DNA of 64,000 nucleotides from Syntrophaceae bacterium (GTDB lineage: Bacteria; Desulfobacterota; Syntrophia; Syntrophales; Smithellaceae), in NCBI GenBank assembly GCA_018436925.1, contig JAHDKI010000005.1, positions 6,906-70,905 of the forward strand. The letters are read 5' to 3'. The notes beneath the pieces were generated by a model. It searched no databases. It was not told where the DNA came from and was given only the letters and a program-made list of their open reading frames with translations. Position numbers and translations under genes: made by a program. Shown piece after piece: positions 54,531-64,000 of the stretch; position 1 is the first letter of the stretch; the number at the start of each line of letters is the position of its first letter.

Positions 54531-55529
54531 TCACTTCATGATAAAGGACAGAAGCTCGAGCATCCGGTTGGAAAATCCCCACTCGTTGTCATACCATGAA
54601 AGAATTTTCACCATGTTGCCGCCGATCACGGTCGTATTGGGCAAATCCACGATGGACGAATGCGGATTGCCGTTAAAATCTTTGGAGACCAGTTCTTCTT
54701 CCGAACAATACAAAACGCCCTTCATGGCGCCTTCGGAATACTCCTTGAGTTTTTCGTTGATCTGCTGCTTGCTGACCTCTGTGGCCAGCGTCGCGACAAA
54801 ATCCACCAGAGAGACATTGGGCGTGGGCACGCGAATCGCCAGACCGTCGAGCCGGCCCTTCATGTCGGGAATGACCTCCGAGATGGCGCGCGCCGCCCCG
54901 GTGGTCGTGGGAATCATCGACAGCGCGCAGGCTCTTGCCCGGCGCAGATCTTTATGCGGTTCATCGAGCACCACCTGATCATTGGTATAGGAGTGAATCG
55001 TCGTCATCAGGCCGTATTCAACGCCGAATTCCTGATGCAGGATTTTAACGATCGGCGCCAGACAGTTGGTCGTGCAAGATCCCATGGAAATAATCGAATG
55101 CTTCGAGGCATCGTACTCTTCCGCGTTGACGCCGAAGACGAAGGTCACATCAGGGTTTTTCGCGGGGGCGGAAATGACCACCTTTTTCGCGCCGGCCTTC
55201 AGATGCTTTTCCGCGCCGTCGCGGTCGGTGAAGCGGCCGGTGCTTTCCAAAACGACGTCCACACCCAGATCCCGCCACGGCAGCGTTTCCGGATCGCGGT
55301 TGGCAAAGGCTTTGATTTCTGTTCCATCAACAACAATCGAATGGGGCGTGGCTTTCACATCGACGGGCAAAACGCCGTGCACCGAGTCATACTTCAGAAG
55401 GTGGGCCAGGGTTTTCGGATCGGTCAGGTCGTTTACCGCCACAAACTCGACATCTTTTGATTTCAGACCGGCCCGGAAGACCAAACGTCCGATCCGGCCG
55501 AAACCATTGATCGCTACTTTCACTGCCAT
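54531..55529 (-). CDS. gap: glyceraldehyde-3-phosphate dehydrogenase (type I)
   Basis: VAINGFGRIGR, the active site SCTTNCLAP and WYDNEWGFS. AGGAGG upstream of ATG 55529. Confidence 0.93.
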   Translation of the reverse strand: MAVKVAINGFGRIGRLVFRAGLKSKDVEFVAVNDLTDPKTLAHLLKYDSVHGVLPVDVKATPHSIVVDGTEIKAFANRDPETLPWRDLGVDVVLESTGRFTDRDGAEKHLKAGAKKVVISAPAKNPDVTFVFGVNAEEYDASKHSIISMGSCTTNCLAPIVKILHQEFGVEYGLMTTIHSYTNDQVVLDEPHKDLRRARACALSMIPTTTGAARAISEVIPDMKGRLDGLAIRVPTPNVSLVDFVATLATEVSKQQINEKLKEYSEGAMKGVLYCSEEELVSKDFNGNPHSSIVDLPNTTVIGGNMVKILSWYDNEWGFSNRMLELLSFIMK

Positions 55530-55725
55530 AATCCCCTCCTGAAACAAAATACTGATTGAAGATAGACAAAAGCCCCGTCTGTGTCAACCCATTTCTCTGT
55601 GACGACAAGCCCTTAGCTCATGTGCAGCCGCATCGGTCAACGAGTTGAAGTTCTTGATGTTCAAGGGGGAATCTGTTAGAAAACGGCTCAAGATCAAAAC
55701 CGTCAAAAACGGAGCATCTCCTTTC

Positions 55726-57132
55726 ATGAAAAAAACAAAAATCGTCTGCACGATCGGGCCGGCCTCTGAAAAAGAAGATATTCTTGAGGCCTTGATCACA
55801 AAGGGGATGAACGTGGCCCGGCTGAACTTCTCCCACGGATCCCACGAAGGACATCTGGAAAAAATCAAAAGGATCCGCGCACTATCGACAAAACTCGGAC
55901 AACCGGTGGCCGTCCTCCAGGATCTGGCCGGGCCGAAGATCCGCATCGGTTCGATTCCCGATCCCGGCATTGTGCTGACACCCGGCCATCGGTTTGTTCT
56001 GACCCGCCGCGATATTGAAGGCAGCGCCAAAGCCGTGTCGCTAGGCTATCGGGATCTGCCCAAGGAAGTCAAACCCGGCGACCGTCTGCTTCTGGCCGAC
56101 GGGCTTATGGAGCTTTGGGTGGAATCCACCGACGGCACGGACATTGTCTGCAAGGTGATCACCGGCGGCGTGCTGACCTCGCACAAAGGCATCAATCTGC
56201 CCACCGGCACGATCCGCACCGCGTCGCTCACCGACAAGGACCGAGCCGACCTGATCTTCGGATTGAAAAACGATGTGGATTTTGTCGCGCTGTCCTTTGT
56301 CAAAACGGCCGGCGACATCCGCGCAGTCAAGAATATTATCGCGGCGCAGGGCAAAGATACGCCGGTTATCGCCAAAATTGAAAAGCACGAAGCGATCGCG
56401 AACATCGACGAGATCATGGAGATCTCCGACGGCATCATGGTCGCGCGCGGCGATCTGGGCGTGGAAATTCCGCTCGAAGACGTGCCGCTCATTCAAAAAC
56501 GACTCATCGCACTGGCCAACCGCCGGGGGAAACCGGTGATCACCGCCACGCAGATGCTGCGCTCCATGGTGGCGTCTCCCCGGCCGACCCGCGCCGAGGC
56601 CACCGATGTGGCCAACGCCGTGCTCGACGGCACGGACGCGGTGATGCTGTCGGAGGAGACCGCTTCGGGCGACTATCCGGTGGAGGCGGTCGAACACATG
56701 CACAGACTTGTCGTCGCGGCTGAAGGCGGATTTCCCTTTTCGCGCTTTCTTTCGGAAATGCCGGAAAAAGACGTCTCCGAATCGGTGGCGTCCGCCTGCT
56801 GCATTCTGGCCAATCACCTGACGGCGAAAGCCATCGTCGCCCACACGCAGTCCGGCATGACGGCGCGCCATATCGCCCGTTTCCGGCCTCGTCAGCCGAT
56901 TATCGCGTTGTCGCCGCACGACCGGGTGGTCCGCAGTCTGGCTCTGAGCTGGGGCTGTGTTCCGACACGGGTCAGGCCCATGGCCAGCACCGACGAGATG
57001 ATTGAATACGCATCGCAAGCCGCCGTCGAAGCCGGCATCGCGCAGACAGGCGACCTGATCGTCATCACCGTGGGGCACCCCATCGGCGTGGCGGGAACGA
57101 CGAATATGATCCGGGTTAAAAAGCTGAAGTAG
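55726..57132 (+). CDS. pyk: pyruvate kinase
   Basis: KIVCTIGPAS, MNVARLNFSHG, MVARGDLGVEIP and the C-terminal regulatory domain. Start at the internal ATG 55726. Confidence 0.92.
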   Translation: MKKTKIVCTIGPASEKEDILEALITKGMNVARLNFSHGSHEGHLEKIKRIRALSTKLGQPVAVLQDLAGPKIRIGSIPDPGIVLTPGHRFVLTRRDIEGSAKAVSLGYRDLPKEVKPGDRLLLADGLMELWVESTDGTDIVCKVITGGVLTSHKGINLPTGTIRTASLTDKDRADLIFGLKNDVDFVALSFVKTAGDIRAVKNIIAAQGKDTPVIAKIEKHEAIANIDEIMEISDGIMVARGDLGVEIPLEDVPLIQKRLIALANRRGKPVITATQMLRSMVASPRPTRAEATDVANAVLDGTDAVMLSEETASGDYPVEAVEHMHRLVVAAEGGFPFSRFLSEMPEKDVSESVASACCILANHLTAKAIVAHTQSGMTARHIARFRPRQPIIALSPHDRVVRSLALSWGCVPTRVRPMASTDEMIEYASQAAVEAGIAQTGDLIVITVGHPIGVAGTTNMIRVKKLK

Positions 57133-57217
57133 GCGGCAAAAGCGACTTTGGAGCGCAAAGCGTAAAAACGATCTTTTGTCTGAAGATTTGGACTTCGCGC
57201 GCAGAAAAGGAGGAGCC

Positions 57218-57787
57218 ATGCAGATTCTGGCCTTTAACGGGTCGCCCCGCGCCAGGGGAAACACATCCGCCATCATCGCCTCGATGCTGGAGGGCGCGCG
57301 TTCGAGGGGGGCTGAAACTTACGAAATCAGGCTTCATGAAATCGACTTCAAGGGCTGTCTGGGCTGCCTGGGTTGCCGGAAGAATCCCGGGCTATGCAGC
57401 GCTCAAGACGAGCTCTCCCCCTGGCTTGCGGCCATTAAAACCTGCGCGGGCATGATCGTGGGCTGCCCGATCTACATGTACCGTCTGTCCGGCCAGATGA
57501 AATTGTTTGTGGACCGGATCTATTCGCTTTATGCCGGCCTCCCCCGGGGAGGTTATCAATCGATGGTGCCGCCGGGGAAGACCTACGCGCTTGTCACGTC
57601 TCAAGGCGCTCCGAATGCTCAGCAGTACTCCAAATCCATCACCTATCTCGCCGGCATGACCGGCAGCGGCCTGGGATTTGAGGAAGTGGGACGGATCATC
57701 CACACCGAAAGCGAAACCAAACCGGCTGTTTCCGATCAGGCGCTGATGGAGCGGTCTTTTGATATCGGAACCAAAATGATCCGGTGA
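57218..57787 (+). CDS. NADPH-dependent FMN reductase / iron-sulfur flavoprotein-like protein
   Basis: MQILAFNGSPRARGNTS flavodoxin-like loop, a CLGCLGCRK cysteine cluster and CPIYMYRLSGQMK. AAGGAGGAG upstream. Confidence 0.75.
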   Translation: MQILAFNGSPRARGNTSAIIASMLEGARSRGAETYEIRLHEIDFKGCLGCLGCRKNPGLCSAQDELSPWLAAIKTCAGMIVGCPIYMYRLSGQMKLFVDRIYSLYAGLPRGGYQSMVPPGKTYALVTSQGAPNAQQYSKSITYLAGMTGSGLGFEEVGRIIHTESETKPAVSDQALMERSFDIGTKMIR

Positions 57788-57791
57788 TGCG

Positions 57792-59009
57792 ATGAGCGGC
57801 GAAAAACTCTACATTGTGCTTATGGGGCTTCCGGCGCGCGGAAAATCGACCCTGGCCGTGCGTTTGCAGGACAATCTCCGCCGCGACGGCGTCACGACCC
57901 GGATCTTCAACAACGGCAATCTCCGCCGGAAGCATCTGCCGCTTGCGCAAACGTCGCTTTCGGCGTTTTATTCTCCGGACAACCTCAAGGGCCTTGAAGC
58001 ACGGGACGGGTTTGCCCGCTTGAATATGCAGGCCGCCAAAGCCTGGCTGAGGCGGACGGGAACCGTCGCGATTCTGGATGCGACCAACGCCAGCCGCAGG
58101 CGCAGGCAGATGATTGAAACGTTTTGCGACGATCATCCGGTTCTCTATATCGAATGTGTTAACGACGATGAAGAGATCATCGGACTGATGATCCGCGAGA
58201 AAACGCGGCTGCCTGAATTTTCCCGACTTCAAAGCCGAATCGCCGAGAAGGAATTTTTGAAGCGCATCTTGTACTACAAGATGGTTTACACGCCGCTTGG
58301 CCCGGAAAGAAACTTCATTCGCCTGGATTCGCTGCAAAACCGCATCCTCGAAGAAAAGCACAGCGACCCCATTGCCCTTTACGCCCGCCTGCGGGACTAC
58401 CTGGTGACCGACGAAGTGAAAAACCTTTTTTTGATCCGCCACGCGCAAACGCCCTTCAACGTCGAAGACCGCATCGGAGGCGATCCCCGTCTGACCTCGA
58501 AAGGGAGGGACCAGGCGCGCGCCCTGGGACGTTTTTTTGCGTCCAGAAAAATATCCTACATATTCACCAGCAGCAAACAGCGCACACAGCTTACGGCGCA
58601 GGCCATCTGCAAAGGCCAGGCCGACTGCCGGATTGTGCCGCTTCGCGAGTTCGACGAAATCGCGGCCGGCGTCTGCGAGGGAATGACCTACACGGAGATC
58701 AAACATAAGATGCCCGAAATCTTCCGCGCGCGGGAAGCCAACAAGTATTTTTACGCTTATCCCGAAGGCGAAAGCTACGCTATGATGAAATCGCGCATTG
58801 AAACCGGAATCAAAAAAGCCTTTTTCTTAAACCGGCGAGCCGACAATATCATGATCGTCGGCCATCAGGCGGTCAACCGGATGATCCTTTCGCACTTCCT
58901 GTACCGCCGCGAAGAGGACGTTCCTTTTATTTATACCCCGCAGGACCGCTTCTACCACATCGTGTCCACGCAGAACAAAAAGCTCTTTGAGCTCAAACGC
59001 TACGACTGA
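57792..59009 (+). CDS. bifunctional 6-phosphofructo-2-kinase / fructose-2,6-bisphosphatase homologue
   Basis: The N-terminal half has MGLPARGKST (PFK-2 Walker A), FNNGNLRR, LDATNASRRRR and IECVNDDEEII. The C-terminal half has the histidine-phosphatase motif LIRHAQTPFNVEDRIGGD plus IVGHQAVNR. All of these mirror eukaryotic PFK-2/FBPase-2 signatures. Confidence 0.85.
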   Translation: MSGEKLYIVLMGLPARGKSTLAVRLQDNLRRDGVTTRIFNNGNLRRKHLPLAQTSLSAFYSPDNLKGLEARDGFARLNMQAAKAWLRRTGTVAILDATNASRRRRQMIETFCDDHPVLYIECVNDDEEIIGLMIREKTRLPEFSRLQSRIAEKEFLKRILYYKMVYTPLGPERNFIRLDSLQNRILEEKHSDPIALYARLRDYLVTDEVKNLFLIRHAQTPFNVEDRIGGDPRLTSKGRDQARALGRFFASRKISYIFTSSKQRTQLTAQAICKGQADCRIVPLREFDEIAAGVCEGMTYTEIKHKMPEIFRAREANKYFYAYPEGESYAMMKSRIETGIKKAFFLNRRADNIMIVGHQAVNRMILSHFLYRREEDVPFIYTPQDRFYHIVSTQNKKLFELKRYD

Positions 59010-59088
59010 GAAAAAAAGCCGAGCCGCCATGCAACCGCCCTGTCATTGCCGCTGCGCCTGCCTCCGGATACGGCGCGCGTCTTTTTTC

Positions 59089-59117
59089 TTGCATGAATCC
59101 GGCATTGTTCATATACT
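59089..59117 (+). promoter_or_regulatory. sigma70-type promoter candidate for the DUF2147 gene
   Basis: TTGCAT (59089-59094), 17-bp spacer, TATACT (59112-59117). Confidence 0.45.
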
Positions 59118-59157
59118 GGGCCACCCAAAATGAATCATCGGCTTTCAGGAGGCATCT

Positions 59158-59601
59158 ATGAAAAAACCGTTTGTTATCGCCTGGATCGGCTTCTTCATCC
59201 TTCTCGTTTCGGGGCTTTCTTATGCGGCCGAACCATCTGTGATCGGCGTGTGGTCCGTTCCCGGAATTAAAGACTCAGAAAAAAACAAAGAAAAATGGCA
59301 GCTCGAAATTTATGAAAAAGACGGCGCGATCGAAGGAAAATACGTGAAGCTTTCCACGCTGCCTCAGGATGCTGTTTGCAAAACCTGCAAGAAGGAACGC
59401 GAGGGGCAACCGCTTCTGGGAATGGTCATTGTCTACGACACGAAACGGCAGGCGAAAAATGTTTACAAAGGCAAGGTTTACGACGTGGAAAATGGAAAAA
59501 GTTATTCCTGCACGATCTCCCTGCGCAAGCCGGATGTCCTGGAAGTCGAAGCCTGCATTCTGTTTATCTGCAGCAGCCACTACTGGACGCGGCTGAAATA
59601 A
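59158..59601 (+). CDS. DUF2147 domain protein (secreted)
   Basis: Signal peptide, then GVWS...KWQLEIYEKDGAIEGKYV...GKVYDVENGKSYSCTISL, the DUF2147 pattern. Confidence 0.75.
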   Translation: MKKPFVIAWIGFFILLVSGLSYAAEPSVIGVWSVPGIKDSEKNKEKWQLEIYEKDGAIEGKYVKLSTLPQDAVCKTCKKEREGQPLLGMVIVYDTKRQAKNVYKGKVYDVENGKSYSCTISLRKPDVLEVEACILFICSSHYWTRLK

Positions 59602-59620
59602 AGAAGACTCTTCACCCGAC

Positions 59621-59658
59621 AAAAAAGCCCCGCAGAAAATCTCTGCGGGGCTTTTTTA
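59621..59658. terminator. bidirectional rho-independent terminator
   Basis: AAAAAAGCCCCGCAGA-aaatc-TCTGCGGGGCTTTTTT: a 12-bp GC-rich stem flanked by an A-run and a T-run, between the convergent DUF2147 and fadB-like genes. Confidence 0.85.
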
Positions 59659-59665
59659 TTCAGGC

Positions 59666-61750
59666 TTATTTCGAATAGAATCCCTTGCCTTCTTTGGCCA
59701 GTTTTTCCAAAAGCGGGGCGGGCGTCCAGTATTCGGCGCCGACGAGGTCTTTGTATTTTACAATGGCATCATAGACTTTCTTTACGCCCACCGTATCGGC
59801 GTAGAACATGGGACCGCCCAGATAAACCGGGAATCCATAGCCGTAGAGCCAGACGACGTCGATATCCAGAGGTCTTGCCGCAATGCCTTCTTCGAGAATT
59901 TTCGCGCCTTCGTTGATCATCGAATAGATCGCGCGCTCAATGATTTCCTGATCCGTGATGTTTCGCCGGGGAATGCCGACTTCCTGCGAATGTTTGAGAA
60001 TCAGCTCTTCAATCATCGGATCGGGTGTGGCATTGCGCTTTTCATCGTACTTGTAGAACCCCGAGCCGGTCTTCTGACCGAACCGGCCCATCTCGCAGAT
60101 TTTATCGAGAATGGTATTTTTCTGCTCACGCGGGGTGAGCGAATCGAATTTCGCCTTGCGGTTTCTCCAGCCGACATCAAGGCCAGCCATATCGCCCATC
60201 GCGTAAGGCCCCATCGGGAAGCCGAAGTTATAGATGACCTTGTCGATCTGCCAGGGAAGCGCGCCCTCTTCGAGCATAAAGCCGCATTCGCGCGTGCGTT
60301 TGGCCAGCATGCGGTTTCCCACAAATCCGTCGCAAACGCCTACCAGCACCGGCACCTTGCCGATGGTCTTGCCGACTTTCATCGCCGTGGCATAGACGTC
60401 GGGCGACGTTTTGGCGCCGCGGACGTTTTCTAAAAGCCGCATGACGTTCGCGGGGCTGAAGAAATGCATGCCCATAACATCCTGGGGCCGCTTCGTGATG
60501 GCCGCAATATCATCAATATTCAAATAGGAGGTGTTCGACGCCAGAATCGCGCCGGGTTTGCACACCGCGTCGAGTTTGGTGAAGACTTCCTTCTTGATCG
60601 CCATATCTTCAAAGACCGCTTCGATCACCAGATCGACATCCTTCAAGTCTTCATAGGCCAGCGTGGGTTGAATCAGAGCCATCCGCTTGTCCATGACCTC
60701 CTGCTTCAAGCTGCCTTTGGCCACGGTGTTGGCGTAATTCTTTTTAATGACGGCCAGCCCCTTGTCGATGAATTCCTGCTTGACATCCAAAAGTTTGACG
60801 GAAATGCCGGCATTGGCAAAGCACATGGCGATGCCGCCGCCCATCGTGCCCGCGCCCAGAATGCCCACCGACTTGATCTCCCGGGTAGGCTGGTCGTCGG
60901 GAAGTCCTGGAATCCGCACGACTTCGCGCTCGGCAAAAAAGACATGGCGCTGAGCTTTGGACTGATCGGAGGCCTGAAGCTCCATAAAGATCTCCCGCTC
61001 CCGTTTCATGCCTTCGGCAAAGGGAAGTTCGGTCGCAATCTTCACGGCTTCGATGCACTTGTGCGGCGCGAGGAATCCGCGAAATTTTCGGGCGTTGGCC
61101 TTGGCGAAATCTTCGAAAACCGTCGGAGACTCCACTTTGGCGGTAAGCTCGCTGACTTTACGGATGGGCCGTTTTTCGTCCACCACCTTTTTGGCGAAGG
61201 CTAGCGCCGCCGCCTTAAGGTCGGCTTCGACCACTTCATCCAGAATCCCCATGGCTTTGGCTTTGGCGGCCGCCACCGGCACGCCGGAGGTGATCATCTC
61301 CAGGGCGGCCTGCACCCCCGCGACACGCGGCAGCCTCTGCGTTCCGCCTGCACCCGGCAGAAGGCCCAGTTTCACTTCCGGCAGTCCCACTTTCGCGGAA
61401 GACAGCGCGATGCGGAAATGACACGAAAGCGGAATTTCCAGACCTCCTCCCAGAGCCGTGCCATGGATGGCCGCAACGACCGGTTTGGGGGAGTTTTCGA
61501 TGATCCGGCAGACATCCGGCAGATGCGGCTCCATCGGCGGTTTGCCGAATTCCCGAATGTCCGCCCCCGCAATAAACGTACGACCCTCGCAAAGAACGAT
61601 CATGACCGCCACATCCGGATCGGCGGCGCCTTTCTCAATGCCGGCCTTGATGCCGGCGCGCACGGCCTGTGACAGGGCGTTGACGGGAGGGTTATTCACG
61701 CTGATGATGCCGACATTGCCTTCTTTGGAAAAAGTTACAATTTCTGCCAT
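59666..61750 (-). CDS. multifunctional fatty-acid oxidation protein (enoyl-CoA hydratase + 3-hydroxyacyl-CoA dehydrogenase, FadB/FadJ-like)
   Basis: N-terminal crotonase fold (NNPPVNAL, FIAGADIREF, GGGLE) and an NAD-binding GILGAGTMGGGIA 3HCDH domain with the duplicated C-terminal domain. ATG 61750 has AAGGAG upstream. Confidence 0.88.
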   Translation of the reverse strand: MAEIVTFSKEGNVGIISVNNPPVNALSQAVRAGIKAGIEKGAADPDVAVMIVLCEGRTFIAGADIREFGKPPMEPHLPDVCRIIENSPKPVVAAIHGTALGGGLEIPLSCHFRIALSSAKVGLPEVKLGLLPGAGGTQRLPRVAGVQAALEMITSGVPVAAAKAKAMGILDEVVEADLKAAALAFAKKVVDEKRPIRKVSELTAKVESPTVFEDFAKANARKFRGFLAPHKCIEAVKIATELPFAEGMKREREIFMELQASDQSKAQRHVFFAEREVVRIPGLPDDQPTREIKSVGILGAGTMGGGIAMCFANAGISVKLLDVKQEFIDKGLAVIKKNYANTVAKGSLKQEVMDKRMALIQPTLAYEDLKDVDLVIEAVFEDMAIKKEVFTKLDAVCKPGAILASNTSYLNIDDIAAITKRPQDVMGMHFFSPANVMRLLENVRGAKTSPDVYATAMKVGKTIGKVPVLVGVCDGFVGNRMLAKRTRECGFMLEEGALPWQIDKVIYNFGFPMGPYAMGDMAGLDVGWRNRKAKFDSLTPREQKNTILDKICEMGRFGQKTGSGFYKYDEKRNATPDPMIEELILKHSQEVGIPRRNITDQEIIERAIYSMINEGAKILEEGIAARPLDIDVVWLYGYGFPVYLGGPMFYADTVGVKKVYDAIVKYKDLVGAEYWTPAPLLEKLAKEGKGFYSK

Positions 61751-62100
61751 AACGTATTCTCCTTTATGCTTATTTTTTGTGTGAATATGAATTTTTTTTC
61801 GCCAAAGGGATGGCACGTTGCCCGGGTTTTGTCAAGGCGGCCCGAACGACAAATTTTGCGGTTTCAAAGCATTTTTTGACACTCGGGGCTTGATAAGATT
61901 TGCAAAATCGGCTAGCGTGCACGCGATAGCGTCCTGAAAACGCCTCTGATCTATTCGGGTTACAGGTTTTCCAGGGGAAGACGTTTTTTTCGGGTCTTGC
62001 GCAGATGGATAAGGGATTGGGCGCGCTTAACTGCCTTTCGTCCCGGACTATATTGAGGCAAAAGACAGCACCCGGTGACTTCTGCCTTTTCGGAGCCCCT

Positions 62101-62559
62101 ATGAAAACGTTTTACCTGATCCTGGTTACGCTTGTCGCCTTGGTCGTCATCTCGCTTGTCGGCCTGACTTTCCTGTCCAGAGCGCCGAAGGGTTCCCTGA
62201 TCAACGGCAGATTGAAACCGTGCCGCAACACACCCCATTGCGTGTCCAGTGAAAGCGATGAAGACGCCTCGAAAGTCGAACCGCTGCCCTACACGGAAGA
62301 TTCCCGCCGGGCCTGGCGGCGGATTCGGTCCGCAATTCTAAAAACAGGGGGTCACGTCCAGAAAGATGAAGGACACTACCTGTGGGCAACCTATACCAGC
62401 CGGTTTCTGCGTTTTGTCGACGACGTTGAACTGCGGCTCGACGAAAAAGAAAGAGTCATCCACATCCGGTCGGCTTCGCGCATCGGCCGCTCCGACCGGA
62501 ACATCAACCGCAAAAGGGTGGACATGCTGCGCGCGGCGTTCTCCAACCGCAAAGATTGA
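62101..62559 (+). CDS. DUF1499 domain protein
   Basis: N-terminal TM helix, then PCRNTPHCVSSES, FVDDVELRL, IHIRSASRIGRSD and NRKRVD, typical of DUF1499. Confidence 0.75.
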   Translation: MKTFYLILVTLVALVVISLVGLTFLSRAPKGSLINGRLKPCRNTPHCVSSESDEDASKVEPLPYTEDSRRAWRRIRSAILKTGGHVQKDEGHYLWATYTSRFLRFVDDVELRLDEKERVIHIRSASRIGRSDRNINRKRVDMLRAAFSNRKD

Positions 62560-62610
62560 ACTCTCGACTCGTCCGCAATATTATAATCCTTCAAGAAAGG
62601 TGTAAGGAAC

Positions 62611-62943
62611 ATGTTTACCAAGCGCAGCAAAGAGGGATATCTCTCCCGCATTCCGGGCATTGATCAAAAGACACTCGTGCATGGAGACAAGACACTGCTG
62701 GCGGAATTCCAGATGACAAAAGGCGCCGTCCTGCCGAAGCATTCCCATCCCTATGAACAGACCGGATACCTGATATCCGGACATATTGTTCTTGCCGCGG
62801 GAACGGATGTTTACGACTGCCGTCCGGGCGACAGCTGGTGCATTCCCATGAATGTCGAACACAGCGCCGACATTATGGAGGATTCCGTCGTCGTTGAAAT
62901 TTTTTCCCCCGTCCGCGAAGATTATCTGCCGGCCGGAAAATAA
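62611..62943 (+). CDS. cupin domain protein
   Basis: 110 aa with [14 protein letters not shown]...PMNVEHS, a cupin metal-binding pattern. Confidence 0.8.
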   Translation: MFTKRSKEGYLSRIPGIDQKTLVHGDKTLLAEFQMTKGAVLPKHSHPYEQTGYLISGHIVLAAGTDVYDCRPGDSWCIPMNVEHSADIMEDSVVVEIFSPVREDYLPAGK

Positions 62944-62959
62944 TCAGGAGGATTCCCGC

Positions 62960-63727
62960 GTGAAACAGTTTTCACTGACACCGGCCGCCGGAAAACGGCT
63001 CATTGCCAGGGGGTTGACTCAACATCCCGACATTCAAATGGCGCTTGCGGAAAAGACGATTGTGGTCATCGCCGGCACCACCAACGGCTACGTGGCCGAA
63101 GAACTGCTCTCCTCCATCGGCCAGGCCGACGGTTTCAGCCGCAAGAAATTTTTCCGCGGCATTGTCCTGCCCCCGTCAAAGCCCACGGAAGATTCGGGAC
63201 GGTTGCCTGACGAAAGCGGCTTCCCCGGCGATGTCGTCATCACCCGGGGTGTCTGGCAAAAAGGCAAAACCATTTTTGATGTGGCGGATCACCTTCAGGC
63301 GGGTGATATCATCCTGAAAGGCGCCAACGCCGTGCATCCGGAGACGCGCCGGGCGGCGATTCTGATCGGCCATCCGCAGGCCGGCACCGTCGGCGCGGCC
63401 CTCCCTGCCCATTACGGCAGGCGGGTGAAGATGATTCTGCCGGTCGGTCTGGAAAAACGCGTCTCGGGTGACCTCGATGCTTTAGCGGCGCAGGTCAACG
63501 CGCCGCAGGCGCAGGGTCCCCGGCTGCTGCCCGTGCCGGGCGAGATTTTTACCGAACTTGACGCCATTGCTCTGCTCACCGGCGCGAGCGCTGAACTCAT
63601 CGCCGCAGGCGGGGTCGGCGGCGCGGAAGGAAGCGTATGGCTTGCGATTCAGGGCGCCCCGGATCAGGAAGCGGCCGCGTTGACACTTTTGAAGGCCGTC
63701 GCCCGGGAACCGGCTTTTTCGCTGTGA
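62960..63727 (+). CDS. conserved-looking hypothetical protein (255 aa)
   Basis: GTG 62960 lies 9 nt after AGGAGG. Coding-like composition. No motif recognised. Confidence 0.55.
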   Translation: MKQFSLTPAAGKRLIARGLTQHPDIQMALAEKTIVVIAGTTNGYVAEELLSSIGQADGFSRKKFFRGIVLPPSKPTEDSGRLPDESGFPGDVVITRGVWQKGKTIFDVADHLQAGDIILKGANAVHPETRRAAILIGHPQAGTVGAALPAHYGRRVKMILPVGLEKRVSGDLDALAAQVNAPQAQGPRLLPVPGEIFTELDAIALLTGASAELIAAGGVGGAEGSVWLAIQGAPDQEAAALTLLKAVAREPAFSL

Positions 63728-63746
63728 ACCCTCAAGCGGTTTTGGC

Positions 63747-63792
63747 ACACAAAGAAGGCGGCCGTCCGAACAGGACGCCGCCTTCTTTGTGT
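63747..63792. terminator. long GC-rich hairpin between convergent genes (bidirectional terminator candidate)
   Basis: ACACAAAGAAGGCGGCCGTCC-gaaca-GGACGCCGCCTTCTTTGTGT, with one bulge. It is followed by TTT on the plus strand. Confidence 0.65.
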
Positions 63793-63812
63793 TTCACCAT
63801 GGGAAATAGTTT

Positions 63813-64000
63813 TCAATAATGCGTCCCCGCCGCCCGGTTGGCCGCCGCGATCGCCTGATGCGCCAAATCGATGGACTGCCCCAAGGTATTTAACGCCTGG
63901 CCGGGATTGTGAAACCCCATCGAATTTTCGGCGGCGATATAATCCCAGTACCATTGGGCCCGACGGACAAGTTCGCGGGCTCTGTCGAGCTCAGCAGTAT
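63813..64000 (-). CDS. nrfA: C-terminal fragment of a cytochrome c nitrite reductase (NrfA)-like multihaem protein (5' part beyond the window end)
   Basis: The reverse strand reads ...AELDRARELVRRAQWYWDYIAAENSMGFHNPGQALNTLGQSIDLAHQAIAAANRAAGTHY*. The AQ-W-WD-x-AENS-GFHNP segment resembles the NrfA C-terminal helices. It is not in the ORF track because the frame runs off the window. Confidence 0.5.
   Translation of the reverse strand, partial: TAELDRARELVRRAQWYWDYIAAENSMGFHNPGQALNTLGQSIDLAHQAIAAANRAAGTHY

Noticed and set aside
1-64000. Search by eye for CRISPR arrays, tRNA/rRNA genes, IS elements, integrases, phage genes or known defence-system genes
   Set aside because: None found. Intergenic regions are short (mostly under 200 bp), and none shows repeat-spacer structure or tRNA-like cloverleaf signatures. 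A tRNAscan/Infernal/defence-finder run would be needed for certainty.

Overview
This is a high-GC (roughly 58-60% by eye), densely coding chromosomal segment. It is most consistent with an anaerobic Deltaproteobacterium/Desulfobacterota-like genome: it has a desulforedoxin-type domain, an NrfA-type cytochrome fragment, many hybrid histidine kinases and a DUF362/polyferredoxin pair. I support about 60 protein-coding genes and saw no rRNA, tRNA, CRISPR array, transposase, integrase or phage genes, so the window looks like core genome rather than a mobile island.

Gene order:
- A large acidic protein (runs off the window start), divergent from a topoisomerase-type zinc-finger protein.
- Two orphan solute-binding proteins (TctC/Bug type and OppA/DppA type).
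- lexA with an operator inside its own promoter, then a small membrane protein and an AlkD-like DNA alkylation repair protein.
- A lipoprotein, rmuC, bioB and rnk.
- A TolC-like protein, a PhnD-like binding protein and a hybrid histidine kinase.
- An M23 peptidase, then bioD-bioF-bioA and htpX.
- A CHASE2 adenylate cyclase, an alanine racemase with a long C-terminal extension, and an NSS transporter, all on one strand.
- A desulforedoxin-like protein with a histone H1-like tail.
- A DUF853 ATPase, a DUF4124-glutaredoxin and a second hybrid kinase.
- An acyltransferase, a hemerythrin and a ferredoxin-nitroreductase.
- A PQQ sugar dehydrogenase preceded by an FHA protein, a PP2C phosphatase and a Ser/Thr kinase, then a Sel1-repeat protein and a retropepsin-like protease.
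- mgsA, a second hemerythrin and DUF1893.
- A Tat-exported DUF362 protein with a membrane polyferredoxin, a frameshifted ABM monooxygenase and an Fe-alcohol dehydrogenase.
- A small lower-GC patch containing a secreted ankyrin protein.
- gap-pgk-tpiA divergent from pyk, a flavoprotein and a eukaryote-type PFK-2/FBPase-2.
- DUF2147, a fadB-like gene, DUF1499, a cupin and a 3' NrfA-like fragment.

No known defence system was recognised. The most unusual observations are:
- A family of 7-nt-periodic GTNAGGN repeat arrays in three intergenic spacers.
- The cyclase / extended Alr / NSS gene string.
- The desulforedoxin-H1 fusion.
- The bacterial PFK-2/FBPase-2 next to glycolysis genes.
- A Gram-positive-style GAAC-N4-GTTC LexA box followed by a small membrane protein.

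All family assignments come from motif recognition by eye; no database search was run.
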